Assembly (NCBI RefSeq): GCF_001194135.2 | Contig: NC_068992.1 | Coordinates: forward strand, 57,086,623-57,150,622 | Source of the DNA: Octopus bimaculoides | Taxonomy: Eukaryota | Direction of reading: 5' to 3' | Length of the DNA stretch: 64,000 nucleotides | Shown: positions 9,721 through 23,897 of the stretch, piece by piece | How the letters are laid out: every line of letters begins with the position of its first letter | Position numbering within the stretch: the stretch's first letter is position 1 | The notes under the pieces: generated by a model | Databases searched by the model: none | The model's input: only the letters and a program-made list of their open reading frames with translations | Told to the model about the DNA's origin: nothing | Made by a program: the position numbers and the translations under genes

Positions 9721-12639
9721 CTTTCGAAACAATTAATTTCTCCTTTTGAATTAACATGACATCTTGTCAGTCGACAGTACTTCTGCTAGGTTTTCACAGT
9801 TTCTGCCAAATTTCGCAGAAAACGATTTGGCTGACCAGACTCTGAAATAGAAGACACCAGACTTATAGGCCAGGCAATGGTTTTAAACCTAAAATCAATA
9901 GTTCCGAATCGAACATTTTAACCGTACAGCCATGCGTATACCTACCAGTAGCTTGAAATGTCATTTATTAATTTTCAATGGACTCTTATAAGGTGAATAT
10001 ATAACTTGCTAACAAATATACAGTATGAAACTGTGTAACATGAATGAACCTAACTAAGTGATCTGAATCGATTGCTGCAAACTGGGAAAATGTTTATTAA
10101 CTTCGTAAGCTTATTAATGATGACAATGTCAAAAATGTACAAAATGTACACTTAAATTTATGTGAAGATATTTAATATACTAAGTAATTAACCTCATGAC
10201 ATTTTCTCTACAAGGTATTTGATATCTTACACACTTAATTGAGGCCCGAGTTGCGAGATGTGTGGTTATCGTTTTGAAAACACAGGCAATATGTAACAAA
10301 ATAAAATCATTTCAAAGAAATATAAAATATGAAAACAAAAAGCATTATCAGGTCCCTTTTTATACTTTTTTTTCCAAACAAGTGTTGAGGCTATTCTAGC
10401 GTAGGGACTAATAAGAAAAAGGGAGCTATAAATTCAAAAGATGTTGACTGACAGAAGGCTTTAAAAAACTGGATATATTAAACCAGAGGAAACACGACGA
10501 TGGTAGTGAGTTTCAGTGGGCAGTAGTTTGATGAAAGAAGTTATGAGAATAAAAGAAGCTCAACTGCGAAACGATGCATCTGAAGAGAGAAGCGGGTGAC
10601 ACGTCAAGAGGTATTGACAGAGGGTAATAGAAGTGACAATACATCAGTGCAATGAGCATCGAAATACTTATAAAAATGACACAACACAATGAAGATACAT
10701 TTCGATGACAAGCCAAAGACTTCATCTTAGTAGTAAGAAGAGACACCATGTTAACAAGTTGATATTTAATTCGACCAAATAAGATATGACATCTTGAGAA
10801 TCTAAAGTAGTAGAAATTTTGGAATCGTGAAATGCGTCTTTACATGAAAAGAATCTTGCAACATCTCTCGGTAATTGATCAGATATCACTACAATATTTG
10901 AAAAAATAATATTCTAACCACAAAAGACTAGTACTCGATATAAAATTAATAATACTCACTGTATGAGAATATATGGGTGAAGGTAGGAGGAAGAATGGTA
11001 AGAGTGGTGGGCAAATACCTTGAGGTACTTGTTACGGTTTAAATATTGCTGGGGTAAATCTTAACTTTGCTGCAACGATAAAATAAGCACCAGCAAAATA
11101 CTGGGATAAATACTTTTATCTGAGTTATATATTCTTTTTTTTTATCCAAGACAACCATTCCACTCAATCACACTGGAAGAATGTGAGTCGTGAAAGCAAT
11201 ATATTAAAACCGCCGATAATTTTCGTAAGACATTTTACCTGGGACAAATTCAACAAAACGACAACTGACCACGCATGTAAATGTATTCTTAAGAATGGGC
11301 AATAATTGAGAAACTGCAAACATTTATTCATATCAAATTATCCAAACACGTAATGTGTTACTCTGGTTGTTTATTGACCAAACAAAAAGCGTAATTAAGT
11401 CAGCAAGTTGACTAATGAAATGACGGACAGAGAACAAATAGATGTCTACGACAGCAAATACTGTCTTCCACATTTGAAGCCGTAAAAGTCTATAAAACAG
11501 AAACATTTATTTCTGGGCAGCAAAATCGCTGACAAACATTGATCATATCTTTTAACGAAACACATTTTTTTAACATGTGTGTGGGGGAAGGGGAGGGGAT
11601 CATTTCATTTACTTTCCAATATACAAGTCTCATTTTTCTCCTTTGTTTGTATTTGTTATTTTTCTATTATATTTGACTATACTTTCCTACAAAAAGAAAC
11701 AAAAGTAGAAAACCGATAATGAAATTAATTTTTTTTTGTTCGAACGCTACTACATAAATAACCCAGAAAAAAAATGTTAAATATTTTTATTTACATTTTT
11801 ATTTTATTTGTTTATTTTTCTTTTGTATGTGTTAACCCTCTGGAGACATTTTTTTGTGAAAAGACACTGACTTCAGCTTACAACAGTCACATCTCTGTTA
11901 AATTTCATGAGTCATATTACCACCTCTGTGCAAACAATTTTTGCCAAATTAAATAAATAAACAAATAAATATATAATTGTCAAAACTTTTACGTCACTGT
12001 GTTTACATATTTTTCACATAAGTAATTTTCCTTTTTGTAGTGCATTGGGTCGATGGTGATAATTTGATTATATTTCGGATCTCCTCCTATTTAGAGATAT
12101 CATTGTCTGTTTCAGTGCATTGAACTTCTCAGTTAGACATAGCGTTCAGTTATAACAATAAACTGCGAATCATATATTAAGTCAGCTTTTCTTTCCTAAC
12201 CGTCGCTACGTGACATCGAAACCGGAGTCATGTCTTTGCGGAGTAAATTTCTTTACTATACAGCCATGCATGAACTCCATAGCTGATAAATTTGTGTAAG
12301 ATCAATGGTTCTAGACTTCAAGTGAAATTACTTTCATTGATAAATCAATTACTGCTATCTGTTGTCTTTTTCTTCTGTTGTTACTGTCTAAGGTATCCTC
12401 CAGCGAACAGAAATATGATCAAAGCCTTTCCAGCTTTGATATCCAGCCGTTTTTATGCTATTCATTATGACATTTCTTTCTTTTAGTAAGATAGACAACT
12501 GTTCAGGATTTCTATCTTTGTCACAGCTCAGTTGTTCAACTGATTTTGTTGATAAATTTTCAAGTCGGCTCTAATTCAGATAAGTTACAGTCAAAAGTAT
12601 TCAAACAGTTGGCAGTTGACTGCAATCACCGTTTCTTCG

Positions 12640-12765
12640 ACGAGTTGTCAGAGTCGTTAGCACAACGAGCAAAATGGTTGACGGTCTTTCTTCCCGGATC
12701 TGTATGTTCTGATGAAAACACCGCTGACGTTAACTTTGCTTTTCATCCCTCCGTGGTCGATGATA
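12640..12765 (+). mobile_element. SINE family A, highly degenerate
   Basis: GACGAGTTGTCAGAGTCGTTAGCACAACGAGCAAAATG...AACTTTGCTTTTCATCCCTCCGTGGTCGAT. Confidence 0.6.
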
Positions 12766-13014
12766 TGATGTACAAGTCAAGTATTAATAACAATGCTATT
12801 GATTTACTCCGCAAATTTGCTGATCTCGTTCACAAATCACGAACCATTTTTAAAGTGACTAATATGAGACTATCACATTTTGCTGCTATTTTTAGCAGGT
12901 TAACCTATAGCCTGGAGGTACTTTGTTGGTTCGTAGAGCTCCTGCAAGAGCTTCGAGATGTTGATGTTACTCTTGCTCTTGCTCATTTCCTCTCATGTAT
13001 ACCTATGTATGTGT

Positions 13015-13390
13015 GTATGGATGTGTGGTAAGACCACATTGATCTCGGTTCAGTCCCACTGCATGGCACCTTAGGCAAATGCCTTCTACTGTCGCCTCGG
13101 TCCAACCAAAACCTTGAGTAGATTTGGTAGACAGAAACTGAAAGAATTCTGTCGTATATATATGTATGTGTGTGCGTGTGTGTTTTTTGACTCTGTGTTT
13201 GTCCTCCCATTACCACTTGACAATCGGCGTTGTTTTGTTTACATCCCCATTACTTAGCGGTTCGGCAAAAGAGACCGATAGAATAAGTACTAGGTTTACA
13301 AAGAATAAGTCCTGATGTCGATTTCTTCGACTAACACTCTTTAAGGCAGTGCTCCAGGAAATGACTAAAACAAGTAAAGGAATAAAAATA
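13015..13390 (+). mobile_element. SINE family B, near full length
   Basis: GTGTGGTAAG...GGTTCAGTCCCACTGCATGGCACCTTAGGCAA...GATTTGGTAGACAGAAACTGAAAGAA, an internal microsatellite, then GGTTCGGCAAAAGAGACCGATAGAATAAGTAC...AAACAAGTAAAGG. Confidence 0.85.
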
Positions 13391-14053
13391 TAAAATAATG
13401 TTATATATATATATATNNNNNNNNNNNNNNNNNNNNNNNNNNNNNNNNNNNNNNNNNNNNNNNNNNNNNNNNNNNNNNNNNNNNNNNNNNNNNNNNNNNN
13501 NNNNNNNNNNNNNNNNNNNNNNNNNNNNNNNNNNNNNNNNNNNNNNNNNNNNNNNNNNNNNNNNNNNNNNNNNNNNNNNNNNNNNNNNNNNNNNNNNNNN
13601 NNNNNNNNNNNNNNNNNNNNNNNNNNNNNNNNNNNNNNNNNNNNNNNNNNNNNNNNNNNNNNNNNNNNNNNNNNNNNNNNNNNNNNNNNNNNNNNNNNNN
13701 NNNNNNNNNNNNNNNNNNNNNNNNNNNNNNNNNNNNNNNNNNNNNNNNNNNNNNNNNNNNNNNNNNNNNNNNNNNNNNNNNNNNNNNNNNNNNNNNNNNN
13801 NNNNNNNNNNNNNNNNNNNNNNNNNNNNNNNNNNNNNNNNNNNNNNNNNNNNNNNNNNNNNNNNNNNNNNNNNNNNNNNNNNNNNNNNNNNNNNNNNNNN
13901 NNNNNNNNNNNNNNNNNNNNNNNNNNNNNNNNNNNNNNNNNNNNNNNNNNNNNNNNNNNNNNNNNNNNNNNNNNNNNNNNNNNNNNNNNNNNNNNNNNNN
14001 NNNNNNNNNNNNNNNNNNNNNNNNNNNNNNNNNNNNNNNNNNNNNNNNNNNNN

Positions 14054-14087
<34 letters not shown>

Positions 14088-14732
14088 TATGTGTATGTGT
14101 ACATGTGTGCGCGCATGTCTTTGTGTGTCCCTGTGTATACGTACATTAGTGAACTTAAACTCTTAAAACCTAAAAAATAATCTATAAAATGAAGAAACAG
14201 TCACATGACTCACTTACGTCACATGATTTAATGACGTAAATGCATATTCACTAAACAGTTTGTTGGTTTCCAATGGTATGTTGCTTTGGGTCTACAAACC
14301 TCTGACATCAAATTCAATGAATTTGTGAATGAGGAAGGGTATCGATTAAAATTCTTCTCTAGAATTTACAATGCTAGTGCATCCGATGAAGACCATTGTC
14401 GTAAAATCGAATTTTGTTCTTTATCTTCCGAACATTACCAAAATGAAATCACAGCGAATTTGAGATAATCAAATTAGGTTTACAGAATAGCTGTGCATCA
14501 TATTATATAATACAAGTTATATTATTTAAATTGAATTTATAGTCCGATTGCTTGCTTCAATCACTAACATAATAATAGTGTTATGACACAAAGCGTTTAA
14601 TAAAATAGCTAAGCCTGCATCGACAAATCTATTTGGGCGTAAATATATTTTTTATTGTCACAATTTAATTTAAATATATATACATGTGTACGTGTATCTG
14701 TATATGTGTATGCATGCATGTATGTATGTATG

Positions 14733-14777
<45 letters not shown>

Positions 14778-15092
14778 NNNNNNNNNNNNNNNNNNNNNNN
14801 NNNNNNNNNNNNNNNNNNNNNNNNNNNNNNNNNNNNNNNNNNNNNNNNNNNNNNNNNNNNNNNNNNNNNNNNNNNNNNNNNNNNNNNNNNNNNNNNNNNN
14901 NNNNNNNNNNNNNNNNNNNNNNNNNNNNNNNNNNNNNNNNNNNNNNNNNNNNNNNNNNNNNNNNNNNNNNNNNNNNNNNNNNNNNNNNNNNNNNNNNNNN
15001 NNNNNNNNNNNNNNNNNNNNNNNNNNNNNNNNNNNNNNNNNNNNNNNNNNNNNNNNNNNNNNNNNNNNNNNNNNNNNNNNNNNNNNNNNNNN

Positions 15093-15130
<38 letters not shown>

Positions 15131-15784
15131 CAGATACTTTTCTCTCGAGTTACATTTATTGATTTTGATTTTAGTGACAAAATAATATTCTGGAATCATT
15201 GAGCCAGTTAAAGTTTGCATTGACTTAGCAAAGGCTTGAAAAATTTGTTGAAACCTATTTACAAACTGAGTGTGATTTCTATAAATATGCCAATTATTGT
15301 GAATATTATAAGGGTCCCGTTAATTATAAAGCTTTGTTGCAGCGTGGGCATTAAAAATTATACAATAGTTCACTTGACAAGTAAGAACCGTATTCAAGAA
15401 CGCAATATCGCTCATTATCATTTTGTTAGTGAATCTCTAAGTAGTCACTCGATTTGCTAGAAATTATTGTCACATATCCTTCAATTCAAACTCTTAAAAA
15501 TGTGCGAAGAAATGTTGGATAATCTAACCCAATATGTGGTACACTGACCCAAGGAGAGAAATAACGGAATGGTTATGTATGGAATGCATCCAATCTTAGG
15601 TAACCTATATTAAGGTGAACCTATGGCTAAACAACCACTAGGTATATAGTGTGACAGAGATGAATGGAAGGTTTGAGGTACGGATTCACGCATCATTTTC
15701 AGTTTTATCCAGTTGATTCCATAGATGATATTAAGTGGGGTATTTAACTTAATACCAAGAACATCTAAAACATCGAAGTAATTA

Positions 15785-15910
15785 CAAGACTTTGCCCTTC
15801 ATACTTTCGTGGTCGATACATTAAGTAGCAGCTGAGCACTGGAGTCGAAGTAATCGACTTACCTCATCCCTCGAAGTTGCTGGCTGTGTGCTAAATTTTG
15901 AAAGCAATTC
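15785..15910 (+). mobile_element. SINE family A 3' half, degenerate
   Basis: GACTTTGCCCTTCATACTTTCGTGGTCGATACATTAAGTAGCAGCTGAGCACTGGAGTCGAAGTAATCGACT. Confidence 0.6.
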
Positions 15911-18239
15911 TAAGACGCCTATGTTTGGAGAAAGAAATAACGATTTTAGATAAATTTTTTAAAGATAAGTTTAATCAACAAAATTGCTTAAACAACTTAC
16001 AACACAAACCAGCGAGGAAGCTTACGCCTACAAAATGCTTCACCTCACTAAATATTCAAAATCAGGACTATCTAACAGCATTGAATTTATTATAAGAGGC
16101 GTTTCTGTCCTAGGTCTGGAAAAGGACATAACGGTTGTAGAACATTTTTAAAGATAGAACGTAATTGGAGCGACATATTGCTGCTACTTCTAGCAAATTG
16201 AACGTCTCTTTCTCTTGTTGGCTACGTTTAGAATAAAGCAAGGACATTGTAGTATATATAAGGAGTTTCTGGAATCTACTAAATTATAAATGACAGATAT
16301 GTATGTCTTTCTTAATGTTCATAACTGCTGGATTTCATTTATTTCTCACGTCTTGTCTCTTAAAAATCAATATATTCGATTATATCGATATGTTTTTTCG
16401 TCTTGGTTATTATCTATTCGATCTATCGATCAAAGGAAACTTGTGTCGCTCTTTCCATGGTGTTGAAGAATTTTAGATTGGTTTCTCTTCCTAAGTCAAT
16501 TGCAATGAAAAAATAACATTGTAAGAAAAGAACATTATTAAACAACATTATTAAGTATTTTATAAGAACAAAACGAAGGAAAATCAAAAAAAAAATAGTA
16601 TAAAAGAAATATTATAAAAACATTATTAAACAAGATTGTATAACATCATGATAAACCATTATAAGCTCTTATATAACATTATAGAAGAAAGAAAAGCATT
16701 AAAAACTAAACGCTATAAAATAATATAATGAAACAATATTATAAAAGCAACACTATAAGACATTATGATATAACATTATGAACCACCATGATATAAAAAA
16801 AAGGTTATAAAACAACATGAAATAATAACAATATAAAAGGACGTGTTAAAATAGCATAATAAAAAAGGATTATCAAACGAAACAAAATCTTTTATCAAAT
16901 AATATCAAAATACGATTAAAAAAATAAAATGCAGAAATATCGTAACGGAACATTATACAGCAACATTTTAAAAAAACATTTAAAAAAAATATTGATGTTT
17001 TATACTTAAAATTCTGGATGTCTGTGTTTAATTTTTCCTCTGATCAACTCATTGGTGTTGTTATGAACAAAATTTTAGTAATTTAATCTTTGGTTTCCTT
17101 TGAAAATTCAAAGAATATCATGTTATTTGTTCCAGAAACGGAAATGTTTTAATGGTCTCAGAACAGGTACAAAACGCAGTAAATATGATTTAATGTAAAA
17201 GAATACGAAAGCTTTATTTTATTCAGCGAGCGTAATGCGTTTAGTAAGCATGTATTAAAATACAGATTCCTACACGTTTTTTTTTTCAACATAAAGGCTG
17301 AGATTTTAAGTTGATCACTGTAGCTGATTATGTCGACATCAGCACTTGACTGGTACTTTATTTTCTAAGCTGCAGAAGGATAAAAGACAAAGTCGATTTG
17401 TTACATAGGCACAAGACGACAGATTTTTTATTTTCTCGTTGAGTCTGGAGGAAAACGCAGTGGCCATGGCCCTTGCAAGGCTTCCAGTACCGCTGAGTTT
17501 GATGAAAAGAAGTGTTGCCGATTATGGCTTTTACAGTGATAACTTTAAAATGTTGTGTTTGTTGTACTAATGAGTTTGGTGCTATAACAATCACCCTAAT
17601 GCATTTATCGAACTCAAAAAGATAAGAGAATGTCGTAACAATTAAAATTACACAATTAGAGAATTAGACATCATCTCTGTGTATATAATAAACCCTTCAA
17701 CTTAAAAAGGCCTAAAACTCGTATCCGTATGTATACACGTACGCATGCGCACACATATACATTTAAAAAATAGATTTCCTTAAAAGTTGAATTATTATAT
17801 ATAAAGTCTTCTTAAAAGGGAAATTAACATAGATGTAGAAGGAATATTTTGTGTACGCATTTTTCGTATGTATAGATTGTTTGAAGTGGTGTACAGATTT
17901 CATATATTGAGAAAAAGGTGGTAGTTAGTATTTTGGATAATTATCTATTACCGCTTTGATCACTTTTCCGAGGCTCATCAGATGTGATTTTAACGGAAAG
18001 TTTTATGCCTTTTTATATACTTTCCTTTTTTTCTCTCATTTTTTCTCTGATTAAACCTTCAAAAATTCACATCTCATATACGCTGGTACACATGCATACG
18101 CAGACATACACAACTACGACAGAAGTAAATAGACTCGCCATAAAACATCGTTTTATGTTTTTTATAACTTGTAAGAGTTTACATTTTTTATTAGTTGACA
18201 TTTTTATGTTTCAGGTTCTATATGTGACTGTTTAATCAT

Positions 18240-19021
18240 ACCATGTACAAAATAAACCTTGGAACTGTCTGAATTTCAAAGAAGCCATAGTGTGGGTAAT
18301 TCTGAAGGCGGAGATAACGTTAAAACGCAGAAATCCTTGGGATTCCGCTCCCTACAGTTAGTGGAATGATTGTTCAATTCACCAGAGAGGGGAAGGAGTC
18401 CCCATCACCTCGACCAGATCAACCATGGTCCTCTGACAGGACCCTTCTCTTTGTTAAGAGAAGTATGGAGGATAATTCTCGTTGCAAGGCCTTTGGCTTA
18501 GTAGAACAAGTTGATGTTAATTCCAGAACACCTATCACAAACTTGGTTTTTATGGCAGAGCAGCAAGAAGGAAGCCACCACTTCTTCGACAAGCCAACAT
18601 CAAGCGAAGAAAAGATTGGGACAGTGAGATGGTGGAGAGGCCACAAGCATTTTGGGACAGATTTGCTTCATTTCCTGATAGCTGTCGAATGTGGGTCTGG
18701 AGACCGTGATCAAGAATCTGATGTGAAAAGATTGCAGACAACAATGGAACAGTGTAGCTATTCTGTGATGGTCTGGGGAGCAATTTGGAGCAATGGTTGG
18801 TCAGATTTGGTGGAGTATGAGGCAAACATAAATTCAGATAAATATGTGTCCATATTACAGAAAGGAGTCCTTCCAATCTTCTGCAGTGGTGAAACTATTA
18901 AAGAAGACACTTTATTTATGGAAGATGGGGCTCCTTGTCACACGGCTAAAATGACCCAACATTTGTTGGATGAGAATGGCATTAGAAAGCTTCCATGGTG
19001 AAGCCAGTAACCAGATATGAA
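18240..19021 (+). mobile_element. Tc1-like transposase relic (frameshifted, truncated near a microsatellite and gap)
   Basis: N-terminal HTH-like remnant (ELSEFQR...ILGIPLPTVSGMIVQF). C-terminal SVMVWGAIWSNG...INSDKYVSIL...FMEDGAPCHTAK...GIRKLPW*SQ*PD carries the DDE_3 motifs. Confidence 0.85.
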
Positions 19022-19036
19022 GTGTATATATATATG

Positions 19037-19071
<35 letters not shown>

Positions 19072-20420
19072 NNNNNNNNNNNNNNNNNNNNNNNNNNNNN
19101 NNNNNNNNNNNNNNNNNNNNNNNNNNNNNNNNNNNNNNNNNNNNNNNNNNNNNNNNNNNNNNNNNNNNNNNNNNNNNNNNNNNNNNNNNNNNNNNNNNNN
19201 NNNNNNNNNNNNNNNNNNNNNNNNNNNNNNNNNNNNNNNNNNNNNNNNNNNNNNNNNNNNNNNNNNNNNNNNNNNNNNNNNNNNNNNNNNNNNNNNNNNN
19301 NNNNNNNNNNNNNNNNNNNNNNNNNNNNNNNNNNNNNNNNNNNNNNNNNNNNNNNNNNNNNNNNNNNNNNNNNNNNNNNNNNNNNNNNNNNNNNNNNNNN
19401 NNNNNNNNNNNNNNNNNNNNNNNNNNNNNNNNNNNNNNNNNNNNNNNNNNNNNNNNNNNNNNNNNNNNNNNNNNNNNNNNNNNNNNNNNNNNNNNNNNNN
19501 NNNNNNNNNNNNNNNNNNNNNNNNNNNNNNNNNNNNNNNNNNNNNNNNNNNNNNNNNNNNNNNNNNNNNNNNNNNNNNNNNNNNNNNNNNNNNNNNNNNN
19601 NNNNNNNNNNNNNNNNNNNNNNNNNNNNNNNNNNNNNNNNNNNNNNNNNNNNNNNNNNNNNNNNNNNNNNNNNNNNNNNNNNNNNNNNNNNNNNNNNNNN
19701 NNNNNNNNNNNNNNNNNNNNNNNNNNNNNNNNNNNNNNNNNNNNNNNNNNNNNNNNNNNNNNNNNNNNNNNNNNNNNNNNNNNNNNNNNNNNNNNNNNNA
19801 TATATATATATATATACACGTTAATATCAAACAATGAGAATGAGTGTTCAACACTGTATTGGTGGATTGAAATTCTTTATTTATGGGTAAAGGCTACCAT
19901 TGGTTTCATGTTAGTAGGTGTCCGTTAACAATTACCAACCTTGCCAAATGGAACATCGGTACTTGTCACCATCTTAGATCAAAACGTGTGTGTGTGTGTA
20001 TCGATGCCCACCTACTACACGTTATGACCGCGTTCTTGCCGATATGATAACAATAATAATAGTTACTACACTAATGTTCTCCTTTTTGCACCTCTTTAGT
20101 GTATCGATTTCAAGTTTTTATATTTTGAATTAAACATGTTAATCTTTCCCTCTACTTCACTTGTGATATTCTTGCTGACGGCGTATTTGAATGATTAATA
20201 AGAGTGTCTTGTAGCTCTGTTATGATCACTTTTTGACAGAAAATTTAAATGTCATTGATATATAGATAACTCATATGATCAAATTTATTGTGAAGAAATT
20301 CACAAGCCTTGCAGGGTTATAACAGCATTTTAATTGGTGATTATGTAGAAATCTCAAGAATGTAGAGAGCTGTGTGTTTATGTGTGTGTACGTGTGTGAG
20401 AGCCTGTATCCGTATCTATG

Positions 20421-20466
<46 letters not shown>

Positions 20467-20610
20467 CGTGCGTGTGCATCTGTATGTGCGAGCGTGCGTG
20501 TGCATATATACATGCATGTGTATACATCTATGCATGTATGTATATGTATATACATAGATAGAAGGAAGATACAGATCTATATATATATACAATTACATAT
20601 ATACATATAA

Positions 20611-20673
<63 letters not shown>

Positions 20674-20848
20674 NNNNNNNNNNNNNNNNNNNNNNNNNNN
20701 NNNNNNNNNNNNNNATATATAAAGATAAGATGCAAATGCAAATACATCTACATATGTATTTATATTCATATGTATATACGTATGTATATGTGCATTTATA
20801 TTTATATATATATTTATCTGTAGGTATATATATGTATGTATGTATGTA

Positions 20849-20884
<36 letters not shown>

Positions 20885-21155
20885 TGTATGTATGTATGTA
20901 TGTATGTATGTACGAATGAAAACACATACGTACGTCGATCATCTCAATATATTTCAGATACTTCCCTTCCCACTGTACTCGGCGATGAACAGGTGTAAAT
21001 AGTTGGAATATAACTAATAATATTTATGACATCTGCGTCTGCAACAATGAATTAATGTGAAATATAGAAAAATAATGTCGACGATATTGTGAACGGACAT
21101 TTGTAATAGATGTCTCAACAGACATTTTTCTTTCATATGTTTATTATTATGTACG

Positions 21156-21186
<31 letters not shown>

Positions 21187-22441
21187 CATATACCAGCATA
21201 TATGCAAGATAATACATACTAACATACATAGCGTGGGATGCTAAGACACACTCACACGCATACTTACATAAATACATACACAGACATACATATATATATA
21301 TACATATATACATATATATATATGTGTGTGTATATATACATACGTATATTTGTTTATTTATTATACATGTACATATGTAGAAAATATATATATTCACGCT
21401 CACGTAGATATATGTAGGTGTGCGTCTGTGTACCTGCAAACATGTATGTATAGCAAAGCAGTTTTTGATATCTAATCACTGATTGAGAACAACGACTCAC
21501 AAAATGGTCGGTGCTATGACTTTTAGTTTCAATGCATTATACACACGAGAGAAAAAATATATATAACGCATAAAAAGCAGGAAATAGTTAGTCATTTCGG
21601 GGTGCTTCATATAGTGTATTCTTCCTAAGCTGCCAACGAATAAAAATTTTGGTTCTCTCTGACAAAGGCCGTCATTACAAGAAAGATAACCATCTACTCG
21701 CAACATGAAGTGAGATTACAGATTTGAATTTGTAGTTGTAGAATACGAGGACAATGCATAGATTTGCCATATTTAACTATATATGTATATTTTTTTGCAC
21801 AATTTCATTCTTTTTAGAAAGCGTCTGCATGAAATGACCATTAACTTAATAATTAGATATAATACAAACAGACATTTCACAATATACAGCAGTTGTTGAT
21901 ATCGTGATTAACAGGATAATATCATATTAATTACCTGGAAATGACAAAAAAATGGAATTGGGTTTTTTTTCCAAAATACTGACAAAGAAAAAGAATATAA
22001 TTTATGGAAAGTATCGTCCCACTAGAAGAATATATAATGATTTGCAATGTTTAATTAGAAATTATGAAGATGAATGACACATATGAATGACACATATAGA
22101 TTTAAGGAGAACAGGAGGGTGTGCACAGCGACTGAACAAGAAATCCGTTTCTTGAATTCATCTCTTTCTCAATTATAAAGCAAACTAGAAAAATAAATTT
22201 CAAATACAAATCACGAAAATATCGAAAATAGTTATTTCATGGATAATCTAGATGTCACATTATATATTCACATCATCAGACTTTGTTGAATTCAAGATTG
22301 TTAATAGTCCAGCTACACAATACAACCAGTTGTTGCTATCACAATTAGTTGGCATGCAACTTAGACAAAAACGGACCTAGGAAGAAAGTGGTTGCCTCAG
22401 AAAAGTAATGAAATATACCTATGTATATACTTGTATATATA

Positions 22442-23295
22442 CAGGGTATTTCAAAGTGGTTTATATCATTTGAGATGTAAATATCACAGAATCTACATAG
22501 TCAAAGCAAATGAAAGTAAACAGGCTTAATGTTGAGCAATATAAGATTTATTCCTCTAAATTTGAATGAGAAATTCAAAGATATACGAATTCCATGAACG
22601 ATTTCACAAATGTTCAATATGCGCACCGCCTGAGACACGGCACAGTCGGTAGTCCAGCCTCCCAAACACGCTGCAGCATGTCTTGGGTAACAGTCTCCAG
22701 TGCGGTAGTGTTTCTCTGCTCGAGTTCCTCTAGATTTACAGGAAGACGGAGGACATAGACCAGGCCCTTCACATAGCCCCATGTTTGCACTTTCGCTTGT
22801 CATCTGACATTATAGCCTGAACAAACTGCAGCTTATAGAGTTTCATTAGCAAGCGTTTCCCAAGAACGCGCCAAACTGTCGTTTGGGGAATCTGTGTTTC
22901 CAAACTTGTTCTTCTTATGTACTTCTTGGAGTTTCGCATGAGTTTTTGGCGAACCCGCTCGACCGTCTCTTCCGATGTTAGTGGCCGTCCAGATCCTTTT
23001 ACCCTGCACAGACAGCCTTCCTCTTTGAATTTTTTGTACCATGTCCGAATCTGCATTGCCGTTAGTGAGTTTTTAAAGAACTCTCTCATGCACGCTGCAC
23101 AGTCTTGCTCGAACACCTCTTCTCTTCCAGTGAATGCCATTTCTATACCTGAAAATATAAACATAACAAACATTAAAAATGAAATTTTTTATGTTTTTTT
23201 TTTCTGCACATGGTGTTAAAATATGAAATCATTTTAACACGAACTGGAAAAGTTATTAGATTGCAAAATGACATCAATTTTTTTGAAACACCTTG
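22442..23295 (-). mobile_element. Internally deleted Tc1/mariner (DD37D/DUF4817-type) element with imperfect TIRs
   Basis: The left end TA|CAGGGTATTTCAAA resembles the reverse complement of the right end, CAAGGTGTTTCAAA. The N-terminus (IRTWYKKFKEEGCLC...GSGRP...TTVWRVL...KLYKLQFVQ) is joined directly to the C-terminus (WGYVKGLVY...DYR.CRVSGGAHIEHL*). Confidence 0.85.
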
Positions 23296-23633
23296 CATAT
23301 ATATNNNNNNNNNNNNNNNNNNNNNNNNNNNNNNNNNNNNNNNNNNNNNNNNNNNNNNNNNNNNNNNNNNNNNNNNNNNNNNNNNNNNNNNNNNNNNNNN
23401 NNNNNNNNNNNNNNNNNNNNNATATATATATATATATATGAAAGTTTTTGCTAAAATTACCTAATACGGTTTTTAAGTATAAAGGGGATGTTTTGAAAAT
23501 TATTCTTTTAAAACAAGTTATAAAATCTTTTATTAGGATGTTTCTAACCTTTTTAGAAGACGTTTTCTTCCTGGTGTGTGTGAGCGCTTTCGATATATAT
23601 CTGTGGATATATATATATATATACATATATGTT

Positions 23634-23664
<31 letters not shown>

Positions 23665-23861
23665 ATTCTCTACGTTGGTATGTATGCATGTATGTATGTT
23701 TAAATGTAAACATGCGCGTATAAATGTATATATATATACATACACATTCACACATATCTGTTATATGTATAAATATATGTACATATATATTTATATACAT
23801 TTATATATATATATAAATGTGTGTGTATTTATATATGTATACATATATATACATGTATATG

Positions 23862-23897
<36 letters not shown>

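Noticed and set aside
12546-13031. 161-aa ORF, one of the longest gap-free ORFs
   Set aside because: It starts at TTG, contains a degenerate SINE A (12640-12765), runs into a SINE B, and shows no domain similarity.
13331-14180. Long ORFs spanning N-gaps (also at 14.6-15.2, 18.9-19.9, 25.3-26.4, 35.7-36.5, 54.9-56.1, 57.1-57.8, 58.4-59.2 and 61.5-62.1 kb)
   Set aside because: They consist of X runs plus YI/CV/TH dipeptides from flanking microsatellites.
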